A stretch of 64,000 bases of DNA, taken from an uncultured Gammaproteobacteria bacterium. Lineage in GTDB: Bacteria; Patescibacteriota; Patescibacteriia; UBA11705; JABHMO01. Below are positions 28,227 through 37,122 of the stretch, in pieces. Within the stretch, counting starts at the first letter, position 1; every line of letters begins with the position of its first letter. The DNA lies in NCBI GenBank assembly GCA_964590105.1, contig CAZPYM010000002.1:218697-282696 (forward strand), given 5' to 3'. The notes below the pieces were generated by a model. The model was given only the letters and a program-made list of their open reading frames with translations, made no database searches and was not told where the DNA came from. Made by a program: the position numbers and the translations under genes.

Positions 28227-29786
28227 ATGAACTATCTGCACGTGGAATTACCGAGTTTGCATTTGGTTTGGAAACGGGATGGGCAAACGGATGTTGTGTG
28301 TTCTGTGATTCGCACCAATTATCCGAAGCCGAGCCTGCTATTGGTGCCGGCAATTATGCGGACATCTGGCGTGGCGGAAGTTAGAGTAATTGATATGAAG
28401 ATTCGCGATCAAGACGTCATTGTTCCTTACTGTGAATTTAATTACGGTGAAGGAAAAATGGTGGCGTCCAGAATGGGAATGCCGTTTGACTCGATCCGGA
28501 GCCAGCTGGAATGGGCTGATATTCTTGGGCTGACCATCAATCCAAGTTCGTGGGCCAATCTCGCGGTTGATTTTGCCGGTTATGCCAAGTGCGTGAATCC
28601 GCAAATTAAGATAATTATTGGCGGTACGGATGCGACATTCAGGCCGGAATTTTATCTGCGCCACGAGCATTTTGAAAAGCGCAGACTGTTTGATTTCGTT
28701 GTAGTGGGAGAAGGAGAAGTCGCCGGGCCGGAACTTTTGCGGCGGCTGGAGTTCGGCCAGCAGGTGGATGAAATTTTTGGTGTAGCTTATTATTCCGACG
28801 GTAAAGTAATTATGAACGGAATAAATCGCAATGTTTGCCTTGACGATGAACCGCTACCGGCGATGGACTTGTTTGTTGATGACATGTCGCTCTGGACAAC
28901 ACCGATTGAGGGTTACGTCGGAATGGAAGTGCGGCCGCCGATCGCGCCGCTCTACATTACCCGCGGGTGTAATAATGCTTGCGAGTATTGTACGACGCCA
29001 CAGAAATACGGTCGGCTTCGGTTCAAGTCGTTGTCTCGGGTGGAAGAAGAGCTTAAGCATTTTAAAACGTTCGGCATTGGCACGATCAATATCTGGGATG
29101 ATTCTTTGAGCTCATTGGTCGGCCGTGGCGAACGGGATTTGTTGATTGGATACATCAGGTTGATCCGGCAATATGGATTTTCGTTTGAATACGCGCAGGG
29201 AATGGTGATCCGTGATTTATGGAATAAGGAGAAGAACGAGCCAGACTTTGCGTTGATCAAAGAGCTGTACGGACACGCAATTGTTGACGGCCAGTTTGTC
29301 GGCTGTTACGGACAATATACGCCGTTTGAATTTTTGCAGACGGAAAATCCTCATGATTTGAACAGCAAACTGATTCCCTTTGATAAAGAATTGCGCGTCT
29401 TGCAAGCGATTCTTGACCAAGGGGTAAGATATTTGAGCTATTCTTGTATATTGGGGCGGGCCGATGACAGCGCCGAGCAATTCCGGCTGGCGGAATCGCG
29501 CATGAAGCAAATTCAGGGCATTATTGAAGCGGCCGGGGCGCGAGGTCTGGCTACGCCGTACATTTATTCAATTTTTCCCGGAACTAGAATATGGTCACGG
29601 GAAATTGAACGATTGGATTATTCGATTGAAGAGTATCCGGAATTGTATCAGCTGAACGCGGCGCCGCATGGGACAACGCATTTGACGCCGGGTGAGCTGA
29701 TGCAAGCCAAGCTTGATTTGGAAAGGGAGTCCTTGGGCGAGGAAAGGTTTAAGTGTTGGATTAAAACAGGGCGATATCAATGGTAG
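28227..29786 (+). CDS. B12-binding (class B) radical SAM enzyme
   Basis: N-terminal cobalamin-binding-like domain and CxxxCxxC (RGCNNACEYC). Confidence 0.75.
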   Translation: MNYLHVELPSLHLVWKRDGQTDVVCSVIRTNYPKPSLLLVPAIMRTSGVAEVRVIDMKIRDQDVIVPYCEFNYGEGKMVASRMGMPFDSIRSQLEWADILGLTINPSSWANLAVDFAGYAKCVNPQIKIIIGGTDATFRPEFYLRHEHFEKRRLFDFVVVGEGEVAGPELLRRLEFGQQVDEIFGVAYYSDGKVIMNGINRNVCLDDEPLPAMDLFVDDMSLWTTPIEGYVGMEVRPPIAPLYITRGCNNACEYCTTPQKYGRLRFKSLSRVEEELKHFKTFGIGTINIWDDSLSSLVGRGERDLLIGYIRLIRQYGFSFEYAQGMVIRDLWNKEKNEPDFALIKELYGHAIVDGQFVGCYGQYTPFEFLQTENPHDLNSKLIPFDKELRVLQAILDQGVRYLSYSCILGRADDSAEQFRLAESRMKQIQGIIEAAGARGLATPYIYSIFPGTRIWSREIERLDYSIEEYPELYQLNAAPHGTTHLTPGELMQAKLDLERESLGEERFKCWIKTGRYQW

Positions 29787-29899
29787 TTTTTTTGTAAAAA
29801 ATCAGCCCAATTCAAGGAATTGGGCTTCTACTCGCGAAATTAAATTCTTGATTTTGCATGTGGAAGTTGTTCTTTGAAATATAAAGGAGGTGATTGACC

Positions 29900-30271
29900 A
29901 TGTGGTGGATCATTGTTTTGGTTTGTGTCTGTGCGGTGTTAATTACAACTGTAAGTTTGGTTGTGCATCATTATCGGTATTGTAAATTGTATGAAGTTGA
30001 TGCTGTTATTAAGCAATCCGGGGTAACTGGTGTTCCATGGCAGTTTGCTGATATTGACTATGAACGTCACACTGGGACTAAAGTTTTGGGACGCCGAGTA
30101 TTTACAATTATTGTTGAAACAGAATTTGGTGAGCGAGACTGGAATTATGTGGAATATATAAAAGATGGCGATGCAGAGAGACGAATACATTTACCGGCTA
30201 ATCGTTCGAAAACAAAATTGTTAACCACGCGTTGTGGTAAAAGGGCTTATTCTTTGGATTGGTTTGAATAA
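29900..30271 (+). CDS. small membrane-anchored protein (123 aa)
   Basis: SD aaaggaggtgattgaccATG; N-terminal TM WWIIVLVCVCAVLITTVSLVV. Confidence 0.5.
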   Translation: MWWIIVLVCVCAVLITTVSLVVHHYRYCKLYEVDAVIKQSGVTGVPWQFADIDYERHTGTKVLGRRVFTIIVETEFGERDWNYVEYIKDGDAERRIHLPANRSKTKLLTTRCGKRAYSLDWFE

Positions 30272-30283
30272 AAGGAGGACAAC

Positions 30284-31447
30284 ATGAAAGACCAATTTTT
30301 AGAATTAAAAGATGTTTTAGTTGAACCAGAACAAGGCCTGCGTATCGTCGGCCGGCATCTGATTCCGGCTGAACCAATGCCCGAGCGGCCATTGCCGGCT
30401 CTGCGGGAAGATTATCTTTCCGCGGTCGAAGCCGAAGCGGTAAAACAACACAACTTGCGCTGGGCAAATGGTTTGGAAGAAAAGCCAAAGTTGTTGTTGG
30501 CGTGGCTCATGTTGCCGACGCGTTGCAATCAGTGGTGCCGCGGCTGTTATGCCGGCAATGATAAGAAAAAAACAAACAGTATATTGCCACAGTTTTATTC
30601 GGAGGCAAAGCTGAAAGAAATGCTTGATTCTTTGCGGCGGCATGGAGCTCGGACGATCGGCTACGCCGGTCTTGGCGAACTTTTCACAATGCGCCGGCCG
30701 CATTTAGCTATAAATGCGCGGGAATACATTGAACGCATTATCGGAGCCGGATTCAATATGTTGATTTTCACCAATGGCACGCTTTTGTCGGTTGATGATA
30801 TCGAGTGGTTGGCCAAGCGCCCGATCAGTTTGATTTTTTCTTTGCGGGACATTGTGGAAAGCGAACATAACGGCATTGTCCGTTTTAACGGCTTTCGTAA
30901 AACCTTGCGAGCTTTAGAGCTGGCTTTGCGCGCCGGTCTGCACAAGGCTAATCGGATTGGCGTGGAAATCCCTGTGATTCATGGCAATATGGAGCGAGTA
31001 CTTAATGATTTTATCCCGGCCATGCGGCACTTGGGAATTATTCCTTACGCTGAACAATACATGCAGGTTTGCACTTCGTCGGAAGAAAAGAAAATGGGCT
31101 TGAGCTTTGCCGAGGCGCGCGAATTTTTCCGACGGGCGCAGGCGATTGAAAGGCGATTCGGCTATGTTCACGCGCCGTGTTTTGCGCAAAGGATGGTGTC
31201 TCAAGACAAGTGTATTCGGCCGGTTTTTTCTGTAACGATTTATCCGAATGGCGCGGTTACGCCCTGCCCGGGAAATTCGGAAAAACTTGGTAATATTTAT
31301 GACGTGTCACTTGATGAAATTTTGAATTCAGACAAGTATAGAGAGTGGGTCAAGCGATTTGAATTGTGCGCTTGTTCAGTGTTTTACACTGAGAGCGATA
31401 AAGAAATTCCACCCAACATGCCGCAATTTCTGGAGGAGTTCAAATGA
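30284..31447 (+). CDS. radical SAM enzyme with a C-terminal SPASM/twitch-like Cys-rich domain
   Basis: CNQWCRGC (CxxxCxxC) and C-terminal CFAQ...CIRP...CPGN...CAC cysteines. SD aaaggaggacaacATG. Confidence 0.75.
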   Translation: MKDQFLELKDVLVEPEQGLRIVGRHLIPAEPMPERPLPALREDYLSAVEAEAVKQHNLRWANGLEEKPKLLLAWLMLPTRCNQWCRGCYAGNDKKKTNSILPQFYSEAKLKEMLDSLRRHGARTIGYAGLGELFTMRRPHLAINAREYIERIIGAGFNMLIFTNGTLLSVDDIEWLAKRPISLIFSLRDIVESEHNGIVRFNGFRKTLRALELALRAGLHKANRIGVEIPVIHGNMERVLNDFIPAMRHLGIIPYAEQYMQVCTSSEEKKMGLSFAEAREFFRRAQAIERRFGYVHAPCFAQRMVSQDKCIRPVFSVTIYPNGAVTPCPGNSEKLGNIYDVSLDEILNSDKYREWVKRFELCACSVFYTESDKEIPPNMPQFLEEFK

Positions 31448-32577
31448 AAACAATTCACGACGTTCCAATTGTTTTTCCGGATAAGTTTCCTGCTGATTTC
31501 GACAATCGAATTCAGCACTGGGGATTTTTCACCCGCGAAGAAGTTGAACGCGATCGCGGTCGACTTCTGATGCTGGATTTTGACTTTGGCGGCTATTGTT
31601 CACTGAACTGTCCGGATTGCTATCGTAAACACAATGTGATTGACGAAGCTTTGCCCGGAGAGTTGACTTACAAACAACAGCTGGCGGTCATTGACGAAGC
31701 AATCAAACTTGGATTGCGAAGCATAAAGATCTGCGGCAAAGGCGAGCCAACAGAAGACACGCGTTTTTTGCAGTTCGTGCGCGATTTGAGCGATCGAGGA
31801 GTCGGTGCCGCAGTTTTCACTGCCGGGCAAGTACTCGGCCATGATGAGAAAGCGCGACAGGTTAATCGCAAATATGGCGTTAAGAATGCAAAGCACCTTT
31901 GCTCTGAACTGGCCAAACTGAAAGTCAGTTTTATGCTGAAGTTTCAGTCATTTTATTCGGAGATTCAGGATCGGCGAGTTGGGAAAAATGGGCATACTGA
32001 AATCCGTGACCGGGCGTTGTTGAATTTGGTCGGCGCTGGTTTTGCCGATAGTTTTCCCACGCGCCTCGCCACTTGTTCCAATCCCATAGTTCAGTCAACG
32101 GCGCAGGAAGTTTTTGACATCTATGCTTGGTCAAGGCGGCGTAATATCTATCCGATCACCGCCGCCCTGATGGTCAGCGGCAAGCAGATTGATCAGCGAT
32201 TTTTGCTGGAGCATGATATTTCCGATGAGGAAAAGATCGCGCTCTGGACTCGGATTTATCGTTGGAATATTCGGCATGGTTTGCAAACGCTGGAACAGAT
32301 TGAAGCTGGAGGAGTTTCAGTCTTGCCCGGCATGCATCCGTGCAATCAGATCGCTGCTGGGCTTTATGTTTCTTTGACCGGCAATGTGATCATGTGTCCA
32401 GGCGCGACCGAATCGCTAGGCAATGTCAAAGATGAATCCCTGTCCGTTATTTGGTGGCGGTATATTGAAGCGAGTCGTAACGTCGGTTGTTTCAACTGCT
32501 GGTGTCCGCCGAAAGATGGAGTTACAATACCTGCGAATTTGTACAGACGAGTTTTGAAAAATTTGCAAAGCATATAA
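31444..32577 (+). CDS. radical SAM/SPASM enzyme, paralog of the upstream gene (ATGA overlap)
   Basis: CSLNCPDC motif; C-terminal CNQ...CPG...CFNCWC cysteines. Confidence 0.75.
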   Translation: MKTIHDVPIVFPDKFPADFDNRIQHWGFFTREEVERDRGRLLMLDFDFGGYCSLNCPDCYRKHNVIDEALPGELTYKQQLAVIDEAIKLGLRSIKICGKGEPTEDTRFLQFVRDLSDRGVGAAVFTAGQVLGHDEKARQVNRKYGVKNAKHLCSELAKLKVSFMLKFQSFYSEIQDRRVGKNGHTEIRDRALLNLVGAGFADSFPTRLATCSNPIVQSTAQEVFDIYAWSRRRNIYPITAALMVSGKQIDQRFLLEHDISDEEKIALWTRIYRWNIRHGLQTLEQIEAGGVSVLPGMHPCNQIAAGLYVSLTGNVIMCPGATESLGNVKDESLSVIWWRYIEASRNVGCFNCWCPPKDGVTIPANLYRRVLKNLQSI

Positions 32578-32629
32578 CAAAAATCCCCGTCTCGATAATA
32601 TTCGAGCGGGGTTTTTTTTATGTTTTTTA

Positions 32630-32893
32630 TTACCCTGTCGCGCTTTTCAGTTGCTCTCGCGAGTTGTCTTGATCTCCGTTCGGAAGCGCATTCAAAAAGA
32701 ACATTTCAACTCGACCGTGGAACAATTTCTCAAGCATGGGGATGAGATTGTCCGTGCTGTTTCGTTCGTCGTAAAGTATACAGCAATCATTTTCGTCCGC
32801 TACTAAGTACCAGCCATCGATCCAGTGGTCCAGCCATTTGTTGGTCGGAACATGCAAGAGTCTGTGTGATCTAGATTCTCCCTGATTAGTCAT
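32630..32893 (-). CDS. small hypothetical protein (87 aa)
   Basis: SD aagggggaaaaaaATG; start taken at the internal Met. Confidence 0.4.
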   Translation of the reverse strand: MTNQGESRSHRLLHVPTNKWLDHWIDGWYLVADENDCCILYDERNSTDNLIPMLEKLFHGRVEMFFLNALPNGDQDNSREQLKSATG

Positions 32894-32992
32894 TTTTTTC
32901 CCCCTTGGAAAGACAAACATGTCAAGGCGGTATATTAGCAATATTATAAAGATGTGTCAAGGCATGAAAAAAGCAAGCAGTGATTGCTTGCT

Positions 32993-33724
32993 TTAGATGT
33001 TTTTTCTTTTTATGTCTGCCGGACAATTTTGATGCCCCAAAACTCTTTTTTTAAACTCCGGATGATTCCAGACAAAGATTGATTTGGTCATTCCCCGCAA
33101 GACTTCCGGCGGCAGGCCGGGAAAAACAAGCAGGTTTCGAACAAGCAGAAGAGATGTGAATGTGTGCCTGGACAGAATTTTCGCGGTCTCGTGTTTTATT
33201 CTTAGCCCGATTAAATACTTGAGACAACGGCCTTCGGTTCTGATAATAAAATCCGCGCATTGTTCTGCAGAGCTGTTGTCGAATTTTTCTCGTAGAAATA
33301 ATCTGGCGAGCTTAGTCGTTTTTTCAGTTGATTCGCGTCCTTCTGAAAGATTATTCAGCAGGAAGAGTGACAGCGTGCTGAAACATCTCCGCAGAGCAAC
33401 TTCAGTGCTGAAGCTATTTTTGAAAAGCCCGCTTTTTACGGCGGTATCGCTGACAAAAGCAGGAAAACCGGTTAGATATTCCAGACCTGCTCCGGAATGA
33501 TGATATTTTGCAACCAATTGAGCGTGCCGCGGGCCAAAAGAGGAATTCTGAATTGCGGCTCTGATTACTTCAGGATTGGGATCCAGGCAGATGGCGCACA
33601 GTTCATCGCCGCCTGATGTCTGCGCCAGATGAATTTTTACGCTGAGCGACAAACCGCGAATGGTCTCCTCATAGACCCTTCGGTGTTCAGCCCCTCTTAT
33701 TAAATGTTTTTCGTTTTCGGCCAT
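32993..33724 (-). CDS. hypothetical protein (243 aa)
   Basis: SD aaggagggagcATG; no family recognised. Confidence 0.45.
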   Translation of the reverse strand: MAENEKHLIRGAEHRRVYEETIRGLSLSVKIHLAQTSGGDELCAICLDPNPEVIRAAIQNSSFGPRHAQLVAKYHHSGAGLEYLTGFPAFVSDTAVKSGLFKNSFSTEVALRRCFSTLSLFLLNNLSEGRESTEKTTKLARLFLREKFDNSSAEQCADFIIRTEGRCLKYLIGLRIKHETAKILSRHTFTSLLLVRNLLVFPGLPPEVLRGMTKSIFVWNHPEFKKRVLGHQNCPADIKRKNI

Positions 33725-33852
33725 GCTCCCTCCTTGCAATGACAAAGCTTTCAGTTCAAAACATTATCAATATAATGCACTTGTGTCAAGGTAGTGTTTT
33801 AATTTATAAGAAAAAAAACTGTCCTTCGGTGTGAGGAAAGACAGATTTGGCG

Positions 33853-34419
33853 CTATACAATTCGCTGTGCTAAGAAAAGATCGAGCTGGGCAAAGGAGGC
33901 TACGTAGCCTTTTTTCTGATAAATTCCTATGCGATCGATTTCCGCTTGAACTTGATCATCGGTAAATGACTGGCCGGTCGGATTAAGCAATGAAACCAGC
34001 GAGATTTCCCGATGACAGTTGGCCTTTTGCAGGGTTTGCAAAAAGGTCAGAAAGCAACGCGGTAGGTGATACGCGGCGGTTGTCAGAATGACGTGTCCGA
34101 CCTGCTGATGCTTGAGCAACAAATCACGCGCCCATTCCCTTTGCCATAAAGTATGTTTTGCCCAGCCGCCGCAGAGAATGTCAGGAGAATCAGTTCGAAC
34201 ATATTGGACAACATCTTCCCGCGAATATAGCGGGTCATCCCTTGTCCCGGCAACCCAGAGATGCTTTGCCTTCCGCGGCCACAATTTTGTTCCTTGTTCA
34301 ATTCGCCAATTCTGATATTGGCCGGGCATGATTAGTATGGCGCTTTGTTCAGGCGAAAATTTTTCCGCAAAGGGAATGCTGAGAATTTCAATCATTCGGC
34401 GACAGATTTCAAGGGACAT
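33853..34419 (-). CDS. DUF218 (YdcF/ElyC/SanA-like) family protein
   Basis: ILIMPGQ, HLWVAGT and VILTTAAYHLPR blocks. Confidence 0.55.
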   Translation of the reverse strand: MSLEICRRMIEILSIPFAEKFSPEQSAILIMPGQYQNWRIEQGTKLWPRKAKHLWVAGTRDDPLYSREDVVQYVRTDSPDILCGGWAKHTLWQREWARDLLLKHQQVGHVILTTAAYHLPRCFLTFLQTLQKANCHREISLVSLLNPTGQSFTDDQVQAEIDRIGIYQKKGYVASFAQLDLFLAQRIV

Positions 34420-34516
34420 TATTTCCCTCCAACCTATGATTTACTGCAATTACGGCGATTGGTTATTATAATGAATAAAAATTAAAATGTCAAGTGTGTG
34501 TTTTTGAAAAATTTTG

Positions 34517-34552
34517 AAACAAAAAACTGCAACTCGTGTAAGTTGCAGTAGG
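34517..34552 (-). terminator. hairpin terminator; copy 1 of a duplicated 36-nt element
   Basis: aaacaaaaaactgcaactcgtgtaagttgcagtagg. On the minus strand this is a hairpin followed by a T-run. Confidence 0.6.
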
Positions 34553-34581
34553 ATTGTTGTCTGTTTCCTTTATTGCGTTTA

Positions 34582-36342
34582 CTACCAGGGCAACGCGTCG
34601 AGAACGGTCCTTGTAATAAACATACTATCTGGAGAGAGATAGTTCGCTATCCCCCAAACTATCCAAGGCAAGACGGCCCATTTCCATGCATTTTGCCAAC
34701 GCACTTGTACATAACCCCCCAATAGAACTAGAAGAGGGTCCCCGATTAAACGATTGGACCAATGTTCGTGCCCAACTTTCCAGGCCGACACTCCTTTTCC
34801 TAAAATTCCCAATTCAAGAAGGTATTCCATGAGCTCCCATCCGTATGCAATGGCGAGCGTGATACTGAGTAGCTTCATTACTGAAAGCTTTGGGCAGAAG
34901 CGCTTCAGGGATGCAAGTACGACTACGCCCCAGAGAAAGTGCTCAATAGACCACATGTCGAGCATCACCGCTTCTCTGTCGATGCCATACTTTTCTGGCA
35001 CAACAAGGCAGATAGCGAGTAGCCCGATCAGGGTATCATGGAGAATGATCATGGGTTTTGAGATACTTGTCGGATCCCACTTTACAAATTTGTAAACCAA
35101 GAATACCAGAAATGCCAGCAGCTCATTCGCCTTATTTGTAAGAAAGATGAAAAAGCCGGAGAGCGTGGATATGGACAAGGCGATCCACTTGGCGGGTGAA
35201 GTTCCCAGCGTGACTGGCAAAGTGTTTTTGTGTCCTGTGTCAATGGTCACATCTTCAATGTCCTTGATAATCTCTCGCCCAAGGATCAAAGTGAAGAACA
35301 CACTGTACCAAGTCCAGATATACGCATCGTTCCTCTGGAAAAATACTGAACCGCACAGGACAGGGCTTGCGCCACATCCAGCCACGATCAGATTGTTAAT
35401 AACAACCAATTTCTGGAGGTATGAGTAGGCAAGGCCAAGCACTAGAATGCCAAAGCAGAAAAGTGCCACGACAGTATTTAACGTTGCAAGTATACTGATC
35501 GTTGTCAAGGTGAGCCCTGTGAGTCTGACCCAATATGACCAGAATGCCTTAGGATGATCATACGCCAACCGTTTTCCCTTTTGCAAGTCGTGGCTTCGAT
35601 CATACCAATCATTGAAAGTCATGATGGACATGTGTAGCAGTGAGCAGGACAGCGCTGTAAACAAAGCGACCATCCAGTCTATGTGATTCTCCCCATACAT
35701 TACAAATCCGGATAAGGCGAGGAGAAATGTGAAGATAGTCCCCCGGATCCTTCCGGTTTTCACGAACTCAACGAGTGGCGGCGCCTGCGATTCGAGCGGG
35801 TTTTTATGACCGAGGATTACGTCTACCAAAACCGCGCTGAGAAACACTAGATATCCAGCCACAATCAAATAGCTCGGCGTCTTTTCAATATTTCCAGACA
35901 AAACATGCAAAAGACAGATACTTGAAACGGCCACGTTCACTCCAAAATACACAAGGTGAACTTTACCGCCAAGACTGACCTTGCCAGGCGCTGGAAAGCT
36001 CCAATTGGGTTTATACTTCTGATGTGTCCCGACTCTGTACCACGACCAGATCCCAAATATGGAAAGGAAAAGAAAGATTAACCACTCTCCAAGTTCGATC
36101 CGTCCGTACCAGGCCAGGTGTGCAAAGCCTGAGACGACCAGCCCGAGTCCAACCATGTCGCCCCAAGTTTGACAATGGGCGTCTTGCCAATGATTGAATT
36201 TTTGGTTTGTGCCGTGGATGGCACTACCGCGCGCAGGGATTTTCCCTTTTTTTAGTTCCCATTGCTGCACAAGATATTGCAATAGGCAAGCGATCCCGTT
36301 CAAGAGGAGGCTTGCCAGGACGAGAGTCCAGTTCGGTGTCAT
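34582..36342 (-). CDS. UbiA-family prenyltransferase fused to additional N- and C-terminal polytopic membrane domains (586 aa)
   Basis: NDWYDRSHD (NDxxDxxxD) and a second Asp-rich motif KDIEDVTIDTGHKNTLP. Confidence 0.65.
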   Translation of the reverse strand: MTPNWTLVLASLLLNGIACLLQYLVQQWELKKGKIPARGSAIHGTNQKFNHWQDAHCQTWGDMVGLGLVVSGFAHLAWYGRIELGEWLIFLFLSIFGIWSWYRVGTHQKYKPNWSFPAPGKVSLGGKVHLVYFGVNVAVSSICLLHVLSGNIEKTPSYLIVAGYLVFLSAVLVDVILGHKNPLESQAPPLVEFVKTGRIRGTIFTFLLALSGFVMYGENHIDWMVALFTALSCSLLHMSIMTFNDWYDRSHDLQKGKRLAYDHPKAFWSYWVRLTGLTLTTISILATLNTVVALFCFGILVLGLAYSYLQKLVVINNLIVAGCGASPVLCGSVFFQRNDAYIWTWYSVFFTLILGREIIKDIEDVTIDTGHKNTLPVTLGTSPAKWIALSISTLSGFFIFLTNKANELLAFLVFLVYKFVKWDPTSISKPMIILHDTLIGLLAICLVVPEKYGIDREAVMLDMWSIEHFLWGVVVLASLKRFCPKLSVMKLLSITLAIAYGWELMEYLLELGILGKGVSAWKVGHEHWSNRLIGDPLLVLLGGYVQVRWQNAWKWAVLPWIVWGIANYLSPDSMFITRTVLDALPW

Positions 36343-36421
36343 GTGACGCCTCCTTTTGATTGTAGTTGATTGTCGAAGTCCAAAATTATTTTATAATTTT
36401 AGAAGGACATTGTCAAAGTGC

Positions 36422-36457
36422 AAACAAAAAACTGCAACTCGTGTGAGTTGCAGTAGG
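36422..36457 (-). terminator. hairpin terminator; copy 2 of the duplicated 36-nt element (35/36 identical)
   Basis: aaacaaaaaactgcaactcgtgtgagttgcagtagg. Confidence 0.55.
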
Positions 36458-36629
36458 TGTAGGAAAGAAGGGGCGACTGACACAAGCTTGTGTCTTTTTT
36501 CTGCCTGCGGACTTTGGATACCGCGCGATACGCCGAGGCGCAAAGGGTCGTGCCGAGGGCTTTCTTAATCCCCACGGCCTCCCTATCGCTTAACAGATCT
36601 TGGACACATTGACTTGTGCCAGCCACCAG

Positions 36630-36703
36630 TGGAGCCAGAAGGAATCGAACCTTCGCCTTCCGCTACGCAAGAACGGCGCTCTGCCGGTCTGAGCTATGGC
36701 CCC
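36630..36703 (-). tRNA. tRNA-Ala (anticodon TGC)
   Basis: Cloverleaf GGGGCCATAGCTCAG...CTTGCGT...GGTTCGATTCC...TGGCTCCA with the G3:U70 identity pair; CCA is not encoded. Confidence 0.85.
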
Positions 36704-36970
36704 AGTTGAGAAAAAGAATTTTGGTAAAGCCCGCATATCTCCCGTTTAGCAGGATCAAGGAGAATATGCGGTTTTGCCGGCGAGGACTTTGCATCTGGTA
36801 ATGAACGGGTTCAACTGCCATGCGTCGGAAGTGCAGTCGGGAAGTAGTTCTTTCCGGCCCCGCGATAGCGCTTCCGTGGCACGCACAGTCACCGCCGCCA
36901 TTGCTGGTCGTATTGCCGGAGTTAGCGAAGCTCCGGTAATCAACCCTTCAGCCTCCTGCAAGGCCAATCG

Positions 36971-37043
36971 TGCGCCCAAAGGGATTCGAACCCTTGACCC
37001 TCGGATTAAAAGTCCGATGCTCTACCAACTGAGCTACGGGCGC
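36971..37043 (-). tRNA. tRNA-Lys (anticodon TTT)
   Basis: GCGCCCGTAGCTCAGTTGGTAGAGCATCGGACTTTTAATCCGAGGGTCAAGGGTTCGAATCCCTTTGGGCGCA. Confidence 0.9.
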
Positions 37044-37086
37044 GCTTGTCAACAAAGGATAAGTCTCGATGAACGAACAAGAATAC

Positions 37087-37115
37087 AATATAGCATTGCG
37101 GTAATAATTTGTCAA
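37087..37115 (-). promoter_or_regulatory. consensus promoter (TTGACA, 17-nt spacer, TATATT) driving the tRNA-Lys/tRNA-Ala transcript.
   Basis: Minus-strand ttgacaaattattaccgcaatgctatatt, about 37 nt upstream of the tRNA-Lys 5' end. Confidence 0.55.
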
Positions 37116-37122
37116 GGTAAGA

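Noticed and set aside
36704-36970. Possible third tRNA (or intron-containing tRNA) in the tRNA-Lys/tRNA-Ala spacer
   Set aside because: I could not assemble an acceptor/T-arm/anticodon cloverleaf on either strand. It is left as an unexplained structured spacer pending tRNAscan/Infernal.
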